In this document: one piece after another, positions 25,514-38,499 of the stretch
Position numbering within the stretch: the first letter of the stretch is position 1
Layout: every line of letters starts with the position of its first letter
Source: Chiloscyllium plagiosum
Taxonomy: Eukaryota
DNA length: 64,000 nucleotides
Assembly (NCBI RefSeq): GCF_004010195.1
Contig: NC_057749.1
Coordinates: 25,703,044 to 25,767,043 of the forward strand
Reading direction: 5' to 3'
Translations under genes and position numbers: made by a program
The notes under the pieces: generated by a model
The model's database searches: none
The model's input: only the letters and a program-made list of their open reading frames with translations
What the model was told of the DNA's origin: nothing

Positions 25514-26710
25514 GTAGCATCGATAGTCACAGGTGAGGTGCCGGAAGACTGGAGGTTGGCTAACGTGGTGCCACGGTTTAAGGTGGCAAGGACAAGCCTG
25601 GGAACTATAGATCAATGAGCCTGACGTCGGTGGTGGGTAAGTTGTTGGAGGGAATCCTGTCAGACAGGATGAACATGTATTTGGAAAGGCAAGGGATAGT
25701 CAGCATGGTTTTGTGCTTGGGAAATCATGTCTCACAAACTTGATTGAGTTTTTTGAAGAAGTAACAAAGAGGATTGATGAGGGCAGAACGGTGGATGTGA
25801 TCTATATGGACTTCAGTAAGGTATTCAACAAGGTTCCCCGTGGGAGACTGATTAGCAAGGTTAGATCTCAAGGAATACAGGGAGAACTAGCCATTTGGAT
25901 ACAGAACTGGCTGAAAGGTAGAAGACAGAGGGTGGTGGTGGAGGGTTGTTTTTCAGACTGGAGGCCTGTGACCAGTGGAGTGCCACAAGGATCGGTNNNN
26001 NNNNNNNNNNNNNNNNNNNNNNNNNNNNNNNNNNNNNNNNNNNNNNNNNNNNNNNNNNNNNNNNNNNNNNNNNNNNNNNNNNNNNNNNNNNNNNNNNNNN
26101 NNNNNNNNNNNNNNNNNNNNNNNNNNNNNNNNNNNNNNNNNNNNNNNNNNNNNNNNNNNNNNNTGTTGGAATATTGAGTGCAATTCTGGTCTCCTTCCTA
26201 TCGGAAAGATGTTGTGAAACTTGAAAGGGTTCAGAAAAGATTGACAAGGATGTTGCCAGGGTTGGAGGATCTGAGCTGTAGGGAGAGGCTGAACAGGCTG
26301 GGGCTGTTTCCCCTGGAGCGTCAGAGGCTGAGGGGAGACCTGATAGAGGTTTACAAAATCATGAGGGGCATGGATAGGATAAATAGGCAAAGTATTTTGC
26401 CTGGGGTGGGGCAGTCCATAACTAGAGGGCCTAGGTTTAGAGTGAGAGGGGAAAAATATTAAAGAGACCTAAGGGGCAACTTTTTCACACAGAGGGTGGT
26501 GCATGTATGGAATGAGCTGCCAGAGGAAGTGGTGGAGGCTGGTACAATTGCAACATTTAAAAGTCATCTGGATGGGTATATGAATAGGAAGGGTTTGGAG
26601 GGATATGGGTCAGGTGCTGGCAGGTGGGACTAGATTGGGTTGGGATATCTGATCGGCATGGACGAGTTGGACCGAAGAGTCTGTTTCCGTGCTGTACATC
26701 TCTATGACTC
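25514..26710 (+). mobile_element. Young CR1/HER1 LINE fragment (RT to 3' tail) spanning an assembly gap
   Basis: KSCLTNLIEFFEEVTKRIDEGR.VDVIYMDFSK.F.KVP..RL; SGVPQGS; tail tctatgactc. Confidence 0.92.
25997..26163. other. Assembly gap (N run)
   Basis: N characters. Confidence 1.
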
Positions 26711-27560
26711 TTGTATATCTCTATTACGTCACCTCTTAACCTTCTCTCTAACAAAAACAGACTCAACTCCCTCAGTCTTTCCTCATAATACCTTCCCTCC
26801 ATACTAGGCAACATCCTAATAAATTTCCAAAGCTTCCACATCCTTCCTATAATGCGGCGACTAAAACTGTCCACAATACTCCAAGTGCGGCCGCACCAGA
26901 GCTTTGTACAACTGTAACATAACCTCATGGCTCAGAAACTCAATCCCTCTACCAATAAAAGCTAACACACTGTATGCCTTCTTAACAACCCTATCACTGT
27001 GGGTGGCAACTTTCAGGGATCTATGTACATGGACACCGAGATCTCTCTGCTCATCCACACTACCAAGTATCTTACCATTAGCCCAGTATTCTGTATTCCT
27101 GTTACTCCTTCCAAAGTGGCTCACCTCACACTTTTCCACCCCATTTGCCCATCTCTGCAGCTTATCTATGTTCCTCTGAAATCTGCAACATCCTTCTGCA
27201 CTGTCCACAACTCCACTGACCTTAGTGTCATCTGAAAATTTACTAACCCATTTTTCTACTACCTCATCCAGGTCATTTATAAAAATAACAAACAGGAGTA
27301 GCCCCAAAACAGATCCTTGCGGTACACCACTAGTGACTGAACTCCAGGATGCACATTTCCCATCAACCACCCTCCTCTGTCTTCTTTCACCTAGCCAATT
27401 TCTGATCCAAACCGCTAAAACACCCTCAATCCCATGCCTCTGTATTTTCTGCAACAGCCTACCACGAGGAACCTTACCATACTCTGCACTGAAATCCATA
27501 TACACCGCATCAACCACTTTACCCTCATCCGCCTGTTTAGTCATCTTCACAAAGAACTCA

Positions 27561-27775
27561 GTTGAAACTTTATTGCTGGAACAGCACAGCAGGTCAGGCA
27601 GCATCCAGGGAACAGGAGATTCGACGTTTCGGGCACAGGCCCTCTCATTCCTGAAGAAGGGCCTGTGCCCGAAACGTCGAATCTCCAGTTCCCTGGATGC
27701 TGCCTGACCTGCTGTGCTGTTCCAGCAATAAAGTTTCAACTTTGATCTCCAGCATCTGCAGACCTCACTTTCTCC
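27561..27775. mobile_element. Family A fold-back insertion with 17-bp TSD
   Basis: TSD tcttcacaaagaactca at 27544-27560 and 27776-27792; arms about 27561-27643 and 27658-27740 are near-perfect reverse complements. Confidence 0.92.
27647..27682 (+). ncRNA. Minimal type I hammerhead ribozyme motif (family A)
   Basis: Stem I attc/gaat; CUGAAGA; stem II GGGC/GCCC; GAAA; ACGU palindrome; predicted GUC cleavage after 27678. Confidence 0.8.
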
Positions 27776-28309
27776 TCTTCACAAAGAACTCAATAAGGCT
27801 TGTGACCCTTCACAAAACCATGTTGACTACCCATAATCAAATTATTCCTTTCTAGATGATTATAAATCCTATCTCTAATAATCCTTTCCAATACTTTACT
27901 CACAACCGAAGTAAGGCTCACTGGTCTATAACTGCCAGGGTTGTCTCTACTTCCCTTCTTGAACAAGGGGACAACATTTGCTATCCTCCAGTCTTCTGGC
28001 ACTATTCCTGTAGACAATGACGACATAAAGATCAAAGCCCGTGGGCTCTGCAATCACCTCCCTACCTTCCCAGAGAATCCTAGGATAAATTCCCATCCAG
28101 CCCAGGGGACCTATCTATTTTTACAATTTTCAGAATTGCTAACACTTCCTCCTTATGAATCTCAATGCCTTCTAGCCTAATAACCTGTATTGTCCTCGAC
28201 AACATTATCTTTTTCCTATACTAATGAAAAATATTCATTTAATGCCTTTCTATCTCTTTGGACTCCACGCACAACTTCCAACTACTATCCTTGACTAGTT
28301 CTAATGTTA

Positions 28310-28413
28310 GCTTAAAAATGTGTTGCTGGAAAAGCACAGCAGGTCAGGCAGCATCAAAGGAGAAGGAGAATCGACGTTTCAGGCATAAGCCTTTCTTCAG
28401 GAATGAGCAAATT
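28310..28413 (-). mobile_element. Family A insertion with hammerhead and 15-bp TSD
   Basis: TSD ctagttctaatgtta at 28295-28309 and 28414-28428; stem II variant AGGC/GCCU. Confidence 0.88.
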
Positions 28414-29033
28414 CTAGTTCTAATGTTACTCTAGTCATTCTTTTATTCCTGACATACCTATAGAAAGCTTTAGGGTTTTCCTTGATCCTATCTGCCAAAG
28501 ACTTCTCATGTCTCCTCCTGGCTCTTCAAAGCTCTCTGTTTAGGTCCTTCTTGGCTAACTTGTAACTCTCAAGCACCCTAATTGAGCCTTCACACTTCGT
28601 CTTTACATAAGCCTCCTTCTTCCTCTTGACAAGCAATTCAACTTCTTTAGTAAACCACAGTTCCCTCATTCAACCACTTCCTCCCTGCCTGACAGTTCAG
28701 TTTGTGCTAACGCTCTGGATGCACCACAACTGGTGATCCTTGCTCCAGAAGACTTGCTCTGTCTCACTGGCATCAGCAAGCCATTACTCTTCCCCAAGGT
28801 TTTAGTAAGCTGTTGGTGCTTGACGTGCTGGGAGTAGCAGATTGCAGGCAGTCTCACTAGATGGCTGTAAATATCCAGATGTGTTCCCTTTGCTCTCCTG
28901 CCAACTCAGCTCAGCTAAGGCATTCAGAAGCTTTTAGTCAGACATTGGCTCTACTGTCTGTGCTTGATCGTGCACATCGTACATATTCTTTGCTGCAGAA
29001 GGAGAGAGCCATCAAGAGACATTAGCATGATTA

Positions 29034-29251
29034 TAGGTAGTTCTTTTATAACGCGATGGTTGTGTTCTTGTGCAACACCCATGTTATAGAAAAATTACAC
29101 TTTAGAAACAGCGCTTAAAGTGTGGGTGATGAAATCACGTTACAGCCAACATACATTTTAAAAGTTGGCAGTTTCGAAAGTGTCCCCAACTTGTCAATTG
29201 TGTTACTCTGAACTTGCATTAACGAAGCGCGCGTTAAAGCAGAACGATCTG
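29034..29251. mobile_element. Tc1/mariner (Tigger-like) MITE
   Basis: TA on both flanks; imperfect 22-bp TIRs taggtagttcttttataacgcg versus (reverse complement) cagatcgttctgctttaacgcg; no ORF. Confidence 0.7.
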
Positions 29252-29410
29252 TACATGAACACTTTGTCTGCATTGATAGATACCGATAGAAATGTCGCAC
29301 CCAAAGCTGTGACTGTCCATGTCTTTTAACTTGTGAGAAGGTTACAATACGAGGGAGCTTACATGTTAAATGATTCTAACTGAACATTGATCTGGTGACA
29401 TCAAAGAGCT

Positions 29411-29755
29411 GGGGGCGGCATGGTGGCTCAGTGGTTAGCGCAGCTGCCTCACAGCGCCAGGGACCTGGGTTCAATTCCAGCATCGGGTGAATGTCTGCGT
29501 AGAGTTTGCACTTCTCCCTGTGTCTACATGGGATTCCTCTGGTTTCCTCCCACAATCCACAGATGTGCAGGTCAGGTGAATTGGCCATGCTAAATTGCCC
29601 ATAGTGTTCAGGCATGTGTACATTAGGTGCATTGATCTGGAGTAAATATAGGGCAACGCAATGGGCCTGGTGGGTTACTCTGCGGAGGGTCAGTGTGGAC
29701 TTGTTGGGTCAAAGGGCCTGTTTTCACACTGAAGAAATTCTATTTAACTAATTCT
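29411..29755 (+). mobile_element. HE1-like SINE
   Basis: Full head-to-tail match to other copies. Confidence 0.9.
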
Positions 29756-30185
29756 ACATAGCTGCAGTTGATGCAAACCAATAAAGCATTATATGATTGT
29801 GTGTGTGTGTGTGTGTGACACCTGGGAGGTGTTCACCCAAAGTCGTGGTTGTGTGTTTGTCCCATGCAAAGCTGTGGGATGTGTACATTCTCTTGGTTGT
29901 GATGACACGTCAGCGAGCTAATGGTCTGTGAGCGTCTTAGTGTTGTATCTCCTTCTACTATTTTAATTGTGACGTGTTTTAATTGAGGCTGCACTGCTGT
30001 TGTGCAAACGGTAGCTGCAATGAAATGTCAGAACTGGATGGGGCATCTGATGGAGATGGCACATGATTGATTTTGTGTGTGACGGCCATCTGCAGTGGCA
30101 ATCTCACAATGCTAACTCACACTCATGGGGCATGAAATATTGAATCGACAGTGGCACATACCCCAACAGACCATTCATCCCGTTA

Positions 30186-30527
30186 GGATCATAGAGTCCC
30201 TACAGTGTGGAAGCAGGCCACTCAGCCCATCCACTCCTCGCCATTCCTCTGAAAATCAACACACCCAGACCCACCTCATCCCTGCATTTCATGGCTAACC
30301 CATCTAACCTACACATCCCTGTGACACTATGGGCAATTTAGCAAGGCCAATCCACCTGGCCTGCACATTTTGGGACTGTGGGAGGAAACCGGAGTACCCA
30401 GAGGAAGCTCACACAGACACAGGGAGAATGTGCAAACTCCACACAGGCAGTCACTCAAGGCTGGAATTGAACTTGGGTTCCTGGCGTGTGAGGCAGCAGT
30501 GCTAACCATTGAGCCACCATGCTGCCT
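30186..30527 (-). mobile_element. HE1-like SINE
   Basis: Reverse-complement match to other copies. Confidence 0.9.
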
Positions 30528-30969
30528 GTTGTGGCAGTGGCACTAGTTTTTCTTGAGCCACTAACTGACCTCCACAACCACATGTGTCCAACCTGCCTTC
30601 ATCAGTTAGGATGATCTCTTATTGCCAACCCCAGGGTTAAGAGCTTCCCGTCTCTCCTGGGCAGACTTCAGGAAAATTTTTCGGGAGGCATTACTAAAGC
30701 ATATCACTTCTTTTTGGCTGCTCTCTGACAATTCCAGGGGAGGCTGTGGGTGACGAGCAGAGGGTCAGTGATTCTCCTGAGTCACAGAGATTGAAGTGAC
30801 ATCCCGTTGCCTTTTAAATACTAAAAGTTCGAGCCCAGGAGGTCCCAGAGGGAGCAGAACACCCTGTCCATAAAACTTGGCATTTTACCCACTAAAGAGT
30901 ACTGAATGAATTGAGGACCTGACTCACTGCCAACTAGAAGTATCTCCCACTATTAAACCCTTTTTTTTT

Positions 30970-31282
30970 TAGATTAGATTACATTACAGTGTGGAAACAG
31001 GCCCTTCGGCCCGACAAGTCCACACCGACCCGCCGAAGCGCAACCCACCCATATCCCTACATTTACCCCTTACCTAACACTACGGGCAATTTAGCATGAC
31101 CAATTCACCTGACCCTGCACATCTTTGGACTGTGGGAGGAAACCGGAGCACCCGGAGGAAACCCACGCAGACACGGGGAGAACGTGCAAACTCCACACAG
31201 TCAGTCGCCTGAGGCGGGAATTGAACCCGGATCTCTGGCGCTGTGAGGCAGCAGTGCTAACCACTGTGCCACTTTGCCACAC
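30970..31282 (-). mobile_element. HE1-like SINE (young, CpG-rich)
   Basis: Intact A/B boxes, many retained CpGs, (TTAGA)n tail. Confidence 0.92.
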
Positions 31283-31429
31283 CTTATCTCAACAAAACAA
31301 GCTTCCAGTTATTAAAGCCCATTCAGAGAGTTTGGTAAGCCATGCTAAAAATATTTACATGAATTAACATATAAAATTCAACATTTAGAAAGTTGTCTCC
31401 TGTTGATGCCAATGCCTACCTGGAAAGAG

Positions 31430-31810
31430 GCTGAAAAGAACATGATTCTTCAGGGGTTTGACAGAGTAAACACTGAGAGGATGGTTCCCTCAATAGAGAG
31501 TGTAGGAGCAGGGGGCATAGTCACCAAATAAAGAGGCGCCAATTTAAGATTGAGATGAGAAGGGATTTCATCTCTTCAGAGGGTTGTGAGTCTTTGGAAC
31601 ACCTTGTTACAGAGAGTTCTGGGTTCACAGTCCTTGTGTATATTAAAGGCTGAGATAGATAGGTGTCTGATCAGTAGGAGAATCAAGTGTTACAGACAAA
31701 AAGGCAGGTAAATAGACATGAGGGGTGTCACATCAGCCCTGATTGCATTGAATGGCAAAGCACACTCAAGGCCTCAAATGGCTTCCTCCTGTTCTGATTC
31801 CTTATGGTCT
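31430..31810 (+). mobile_element. Older CR1 3' fragment
   Basis: tttaagattgagatgagaagggatttc..agagggttgtgagtctttggaac; CR1-type tail. Confidence 0.75.
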
Positions 31811-31912
31811 TAAAAACATCTTCCTGTGCTCTCTGACAGCAGCTCTAAAGAAACCAACTTAAAAGTGACCATTAGCCCAAATTCATGCACGAAAGGTCCC
31901 CATCTATGTAGC

Positions 31913-32231
31913 ATATAGAATTCCTACAATGTGGAAGGAGACCATTCAGCCCATTGAGTCCACACTGACTCTCCAAACAGCATTCCATCCGGACACGTCA
32001 CTCTACATTTCCCTCCCTACCTAGCCTGCACTTCCCTGGACACTATGGGGAATTTCCCATGGCCAATCCACCTAACCTGCTCGTCTTTGGACTGTGGGAG
32101 GAAACCCGAGCACCCGGAGGAAACCCACACAGCCACAGGAGAACGTGCAAATACCACACGGGCAGTCTGCCGAGAGTGGAATTGAATTGAACCTGGGACC
32201 CTGGCGCTGTGAGGCAGCAGTGCTAACCATT
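31913..32231 (-). mobile_element. HE1-like SINE
   Basis: Reverse-complement match to other copies. Confidence 0.88.
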
Positions 32232-33679
32232 GGATAGACAGGATCATTAGAGAAAGCTTCTCCAGAATGTAAACTCCAGGACCATAATGGTTGGTCTTTG
32301 GATGTCTAAATGAGCTGCAATTTGTTCACAGCCCTTAATTTCAGGACATGTTCCAGCACTTCATGCAACTGGGACTGCAAAATCCCAATATTGATGTTTG
32401 TATGAACTTACTGTGCACAAATTGGCTGTTGCTTTTCCTGAATTATAAAAGTGACTGAAAGTCCATCCATGGATGAAAAGCACTTCAAATTAGAATTAGG
32501 TTTTATTGTCACGTGCTCTCAAGTACAAAAGTACAGGAGTACGGTGAGAAGTGTACAATATTGCCACACACCTTGGGTACAAAGATCCGATTTTCAAATC
32601 TTAGTACTAAAATAGATTATGTACAAGAATAGAGAAATAAAGAAAAAAAAAGCTAAACGTTCTACGTCTTTGGGATGTCTAATGGTCATGGATAATGGAA
32701 GCCCTTTTTTATTTCAAGTGCATTTGTCATTTATGCAAGGAACAGAAGCAGAGAGAGTCATCATTGATCCATCTGGTTTTGATGTATTTGGTCTGGAGAT
32801 GAAACTCAACTGTAGACTTTAGGAAATCAATAGCTTCTTTTCAAGAGCCAGTGGATCTTTAAGATTGTTTTGGAACAAGCTGATGGACTTAAGCTCTCAC
32901 TGTGACAATGTTCTGTCCAAATCAGCTCAGTTGAACCAGCTGAGGTGAAATCCAAGCATCTAGTGATGCAGAGTTTGATTTAGGTTAAGCTGATGTAATA
33001 AGGGCAGTAATGTGATGCATTCTAGGTTCATTTTTACAAAACAAGTGTAAGAAAAGTGAGCTGGTGTAACATTTTGTGAATTGGTAAATGTTAACTTCTA
33101 ACTTGGAGCTGTGCATGGGATTTCCTGGGAAGCGATTATTAATCAGGAGTGTACTGTACTTGATTCCTGTCATGTACAAGCTGTTCTCACTTCTCAATAT
33201 TTAAAGTTTCTATTTGTCCACTCCAGTGAGCCAAGGCACTCTCCACAGCCCCACATGTGAAATAGTTTACATGATCTAACTGTCTTTAACCAACCTGATC
33301 AGATATTATCTACAGTCTGTTAATAACAAACAATTCTAATTCAATGAGACAGCAACATCATCAGAGCATGATTATGACCTCCAGTGCCTTTCCACAGATT
33401 CTGAACCACCTACGATGTTTTTTATTTGTTTAAATAAAGGGAAAGTCAGCATAGCAGACTATTGGGGTGGTCTCTCATTGGAGAGAGGGAGACAACTGGT
33501 GATGGTTTAACCTGAGGGTCACCACACCTCAGGCGGGGTAAGAGTTTGAGAAGGAAAGTTCTTTCTGGTAACCTCAGCCAGTGCGGGAATTGAACCCACG
33601 CCGTTGGTATCACTCTGCGTTGCAAACCAGCCATCCAGCCAACTGAGCTAGCCATGTGAAAAAGACCAGTAAACTGAAA

Positions 33680-34100
33680 AAAAGGTCCATGAGCAGAAAA
33701 TAAGATGTTCTTCCAGCTTGCGCTGAGTTTCACTGGAGCACTGCAGCAAGCCTGAGGTAGAGACATTGGCCAGGGAACAGTGTGGTGTGTTGTAGTAGCA
33801 GGCAACCAGAAGCTTGGGGTCATTATTGCAGACAGAATGTAGGTGTTCTGCAAAGTGGTCACCCTGTCTGTGTTTCATCTCTCCACTACAGAAGAGACCA
33901 TGTTGTGTGCAGCGAATACAGTAGATTAGATTGTGGGAAGTGCAGGTAAATCGCTGCTTCACCTGGAAGTTGTGCCTGGGGCTTTGGATAGTGAGGAAGG
34001 GAGGAAGTAAACAGGCAGGTGTTGCATCTCCTGCGATTGCATGGGATGGTGCCATTGGCATGTGGGGAAGTGTTAGGAGTGGAGGAGGACTCCTCTCACT
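33680..34100 (-). mobile_element. Penelope-like GIY-YIG fragment (inverted arm)
   Basis: FQVKQRFTCTSHNLIYCIRCTQHGLFCSGEMKHRQGDHFAEHL...RKLEEHLIF. Confidence 0.88.
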
Positions 34101-35680
34101 TTCCACAAATCAGAGATGTGGCTATGAGTACCCACACAGACTGTAGTTATGCCTGTCACTTTGTGGGGCCCATTCCAGTCCTACATAGGTTGCCCCTCAT
34201 AACACTTCTTCTGGTACATTGATGACATAATCAGTGCTGCTTCCCTCTCTCATCTGGAATTGGAAAACATGATCAATTTCACTTCCAGTTTCCACCTTTA
34301 CCTGGTCCATCTCTGACTCTTCCTTGACATCTCTGTTTCCATTTCTGGGGATAAGCTGGTCACCAATATCCACTGCAAACCAACCGACTCTCACAGATTC
34401 CTGGACTATACATCCTCACACCCTACATCCTGTAAAGACTCTATTCAATTCTCTCCGTCACATCTGCTCTGATAATGCTGTCTTCCACAGTGGTGGTGGT
34501 GGGGGAGCAGTGCCCTCCAAAATGTCCACCTTTATCCTCAACCAAGGATTCCCCAACCCCATGATTGACAGGGCCCTTAGCCATGTCCAACCCATCTCCC
34601 GTACTTCTGCCCTCACACCTTCTCTTCTCTGGGATCCTCCCAGTCCTTACTTACCACCTCACCAGCAGCTGCAATCACAGGATCAAAAGGCTCCTTCTCA
34701 GCCACCTCCAGTGGGATCCCACATATTCTCCTCCCCTCCCCTATCAGCCTTCCACAAGGACCATTCTCTTTGGGACACTGTGCTCCACTCCTCCCCTACG
34801 CCAACACTTCCCCACACGTCTGCAGCAGCTTTCCATGCAGTCTTAGAAGATGTTACACCTGCCCATTTACCTCCTCCCTCAACACTATTAAAAGCCCGGA
34901 CACACTTTTCAAGTGAAGTAGAAATTCACCTGCACTTCACTCAATCTAGTCTAGAGTATTCACTGCTCACAATGCAGTCTCCTCTACACTAGAGAGGCAA
35001 CGGAGATTGTGTGACTGATTTGCAGAACATCTGCGCACTGTCTGCAAAAATGATCAGATGCTTCCAGTTTCCTCCCACTTCAACACACCACCCTGTTCCT
35101 TGGCCAACATCTCTCTCTCAGGCTTGCTGCAGTGCTCCAGCAGAGTTCATCGTAAGCTGGAACAACAGCACCTCATTTTCCACTTGGGGACCCTGCAGCC
35201 TTCAGGACTCAATATCGAATTGCACCTTCTTCCATGTCCACCTCCTTCCTCAACCCCTTCACCTGAGGCTTTGTCATCACATTACAATTTCTGAAGGGCT
35301 TATGCCCAAAATGTCGATTCTCCTGTTCCTCGGATGCTGCCTGACCCGCTGTGCTTTTCTAGCACCACACTCTCAACTCTAATCTCCAGCATCTGCAGTC
35401 CTCACTTTCTCCTTTGTCATCACATGGCCTGCTTTCAGCACAGCCAACCCATTTTCAAACACTCATTGGCAGCTTTTCTCTCTCCCTGACTCATCATTAT
35501 CCAAACTGCCCAACTGCTGTTTTCTCTCTCTCTCTCTGGTCCATTTCTACCTATTATTTACTCCTTCCCCTGCCCCACCCCCAGTCTTCAATACATCTAC
35601 ATCTTTTCATGGTCGCAATTAATTCTGAAGAAGGGCCACTGAATCTGAAACATTGGCTCTGCTTTCTCTCCACAGATAAA
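34100..35680 (+). mobile_element. Penelope-like element: RT C-terminus, GIY-YIG, 3' UTR and family D hammerhead remnant (about 35621-35660), with a family A insert at about 35290-35413
   Basis: tggtacattgatgac (WYIDD) at 34212-34226; LPFLDI- and KPTDSH-like motifs; PVSSHFNTPPCSLANISLSGLLQC..RKLEQQHLIFHLGTLQPSGLNIE. Confidence 0.88.
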
Positions 35681-36429
35681 GTATATCAGCAGAGTGGGGG
35701 CATTCAGTCCACAGAGTCTGCTGTAGCAATTTATGCTTTTAAAAAAAATCAGTGATGAGGAAAGGACTTTTCTGAAATGAGGGACAGACTGTTGAAAGTC
35801 TTCATCTGGCACTCATCTGGACACACACAAGAATGCTAAATTTTAAATGATCACAATTTACATCACAGGAAAACAAACTGCTGTAATGGTTTTCAAGTTA
35901 GCTGTGATTGGCCGAGGCATGGTTATGGAGAAAGCAATGGGGCTCTATAGACTGGATAATTCAAAAGCGGTGCAAATGTTTAACACAACAAAGTAATATA
36001 GACCACAAAAGTAAACAAAAGGAATATGTTCAAGCCTTGTATCTTTTGTGAATGGGCAGGGAGTTTGGGGAGGCCGTTCTCCCCTTTCTATCGCCATAGC
36101 AGTGCCTCAACCAATCAGAGCTGACAGAGACACTTCTGCTAATCAGTGTCAACTTGCCAACGAATTCCTCTTTTTTTTGACAATCCATGATCCTTGTAGC
36201 ATGTGAACAACCCCATATGTTTCATCAAAACAATCTGAAAGGATTCCCTTCAGACCATTTCTCTATTTAAAACATGCTGTTCAAGTGCTTTAACATTGTT
36301 ATTTAATATCCTTACCTCACCTTCCTTTCCTATCTTCCCTAAATTTTCAAATTTTCATTCTGTCCCTGTCTGATTTCAAATTCTAGACATAAGATTATTT
36401 ATGTCTAATTTGCTATCTCATCCAAAAGA

Positions 36430-37510
36430 TACTAGCGTGTAAAATTAAAGAACATGGAATCGGGGGGGGGGGAGGGGGGGGGGGGGCAGTGTACTGATAT
36501 GGATAGAGAACTGGTTATCAGGCAGGGAACAAAGACCAGGTATAAACAGGTCATTTTTCCAAATGGCAGGCAATGACAAGTGAGATATTGCAGGGATCAA
36601 TGCTTAGACCTCAGCTATTCACAATATATATTAATGATTTAGATGATGGAACTAATAACATCTCGAAGTTTGCAAATGACAAAAAATTGGGTGGGAGGGT
36701 AAACTGTGAGGAGGATGCAGAGATGCCCCAGTGTGATTTGGTCAAGTCGAGTGAGTGGGAAAATGCATGGCAGATGAAGTATAATGTGGATAAATGTAAG
36801 GTTGCCAAAACAGGAGGGCAGATTATTCCCTGAATGCTGATAGCTTGGGAAAGGGGAAGGTGCTAGTAAGCAAGTGGTTAAGGAGGCAAACTGTATATTG
36901 GTCTTTGTAGCAAGAGGATTTCAGTGTAGGAGCAGGAATGTCTTGCTGCAATTGTACATGGCCTCAGTGAGATCGAGGATTATGTGCAGCTTTGGTCTCT
37001 TTATCTGACATACGTTTTATCCTTGGAGACAGTGCAAAGAAGGTTTACCAGACTGATTCCTGAGATGGCAGGACTGATATATGAAGAAAGAGTGGACCAG
37101 TTAGGCCTATGTTTACTGGAGTTTATAAGAATAAGGGGGTATCCCATAGAAACCTATAAAGTCCTAACTAGACTAGACAGGGTGAACACAGGAAGGATGC
37201 TCTTGACAACTGGGGAGTTTAGTACCAGGGATCACAGTCTAAGGATACAGAGTAGGCCACTTAGGACTGAGATGAGGAGAAATTTCTTCACCCAAGTACT
37301 GGTGAGCCTGTGGAATTCTCTGTCACAGAAAGTGCATTATGCCAAAATGTTGAATGTTTTCAAGAAGGACTTGGATATAGTTCTTGTGTCCAAAGGAAGA
37401 AAAGGAATAGGACACTGAGTGGGATGATCAGTCACGATCATTTTGCATGGCAGAGTAAGCTCAAAGGGCCGAATGGCCTCCTGCTGCTCCTACTTGCAAT
37501 GTTTCTATGC
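36430..37510 (+). mobile_element. CR1 ORF2 RT to 3' end, decayed
   Basis: QGSMLRPQLFTIYINDLD..SKFAND.KLGG; RRNFFTQVLVSLWNSL. Confidence 0.88.
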
Positions 37511-38499
37511 TTCTGCAACAGCCCTTCTAGCATTGCAGCACTCCCTCAGTACTTTATTGATGTCGCAAACTTGATTTCAGATCACCACAGAGAAGGATTG
37601 ATCCCATAATATTTTGATGTGGAGTGAGAGTGCTATTAACTGAGTTGCCACTGCATTGATTGAGTTCATCAAGAGTTAACAGGATTTCACATTCAGCATT
37701 GTATAGCACAGTACTGAAGCCACAATTTTGCACCTTAATTTTGGTAATGCGATGGTGAAGAGATTGTAAAGTGGGGGAGCCAATGAATTACTAGCTGTGA
37801 TAAACTCTTCCAGTAACTTGCTTACAGTGCGAAGGAGCTATGTGAAATTTTGAAGCCACAGCATGTTATCACCATGATGCAGCTGTTTCCTTGATCTACC
37901 ATCTCACTGCAGGAACAGAGCACAGAAAACACCTGCATAAAGGGTTCAGGGAGATTGGTTTCTGACTTTGCCACCTGTGCGGTAGCTTTGTTGGGACAAT
38001 ATCCCACTGAATACCAAAGTGAGACCTCCAGATTTAAGGGTGGAGGGAGACTTATCTTGACAGCTGACCACACAAGGTGGTTTTCAAATTATGGCCATGG
38101 GGAAAAGACTTATAACTCTTAGCAGAAGGCTTCATAGAGTCAGAGCGATGGACTCTTCTTGCTGCTAACTCATATGTTCATCTGAAAGCTCTAGGCTAAT
38201 TGCAGGAAGGACCACTGTTTGAAAAGGGTGTCAGAGACAGGTTGAATTGTGGCTTTCAAACAGGAATTGGATACCCACCTAAAGGGAAAACATATGTCAG
38301 ATGGGGGAATAGGCCTAGGTGAATTCTTCTTCCAGAGGACTAGCATAGCTGATGGGCAAAATGACCTTCTGCACTGTACCCATTCTCTAGTACCAAGATC
38401 TGTCATCATGCTGTGGACTTTCTTTAATTGTATAACAAACCATCTGTCTGAGTCAAAATACTTAAATACTACCTAATGAGACATTAGGATGTAACCTAC

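Larger units (their letters stand above)
24931..28693 (-). mobile_element. CR1 LINE with RT domain, inserted into Gypsy RNase H and itself carrying four younger insertions
   Basis: YRPVSLTSVVSKVLE, QHGF, VYMDFS, SGVPQGSVLG.LLFVIFINDLD, KFSDDTK; (ATAGAAC)n tail; TSD agttca at 24925-24930 and 28694-28699. Confidence 0.9.
22250..29020 (-). mobile_element. Second decayed Gypsy pol (RNase H-integrase), fragmented by nested insertions; pieces at about 22250-22770, 23215-23430, 24275-24930 and 28700-29020
   Basis: NGPKITSKELRCFLNDWKMQ..PHHPQSMGKAESALKCAKRIIKK; DYLVTVSQYSDDWELD; QYLFGREKVTAESDHKPL; ASRALAQTE. Confidence 0.8.

Noticed and set aside
26861..27739. 292-aa ORF as a novel fusion protein
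   Set aside because: CR1 RT read in frame through a family A insertion by chance; the RT motif is altered (FSDD) and the frame breaks downstream
31200..31282. tRNA gene
   Set aside because: The A/B boxes belong to the SINE head and run into SINE body sequence; the same holds for the other tRNA-like heads
34324..34992. 222-aa Pro/Ser-rich ORF
   Set aside because: Drifts in and out of the frameshifted Penelope RT frame; not an independent gene
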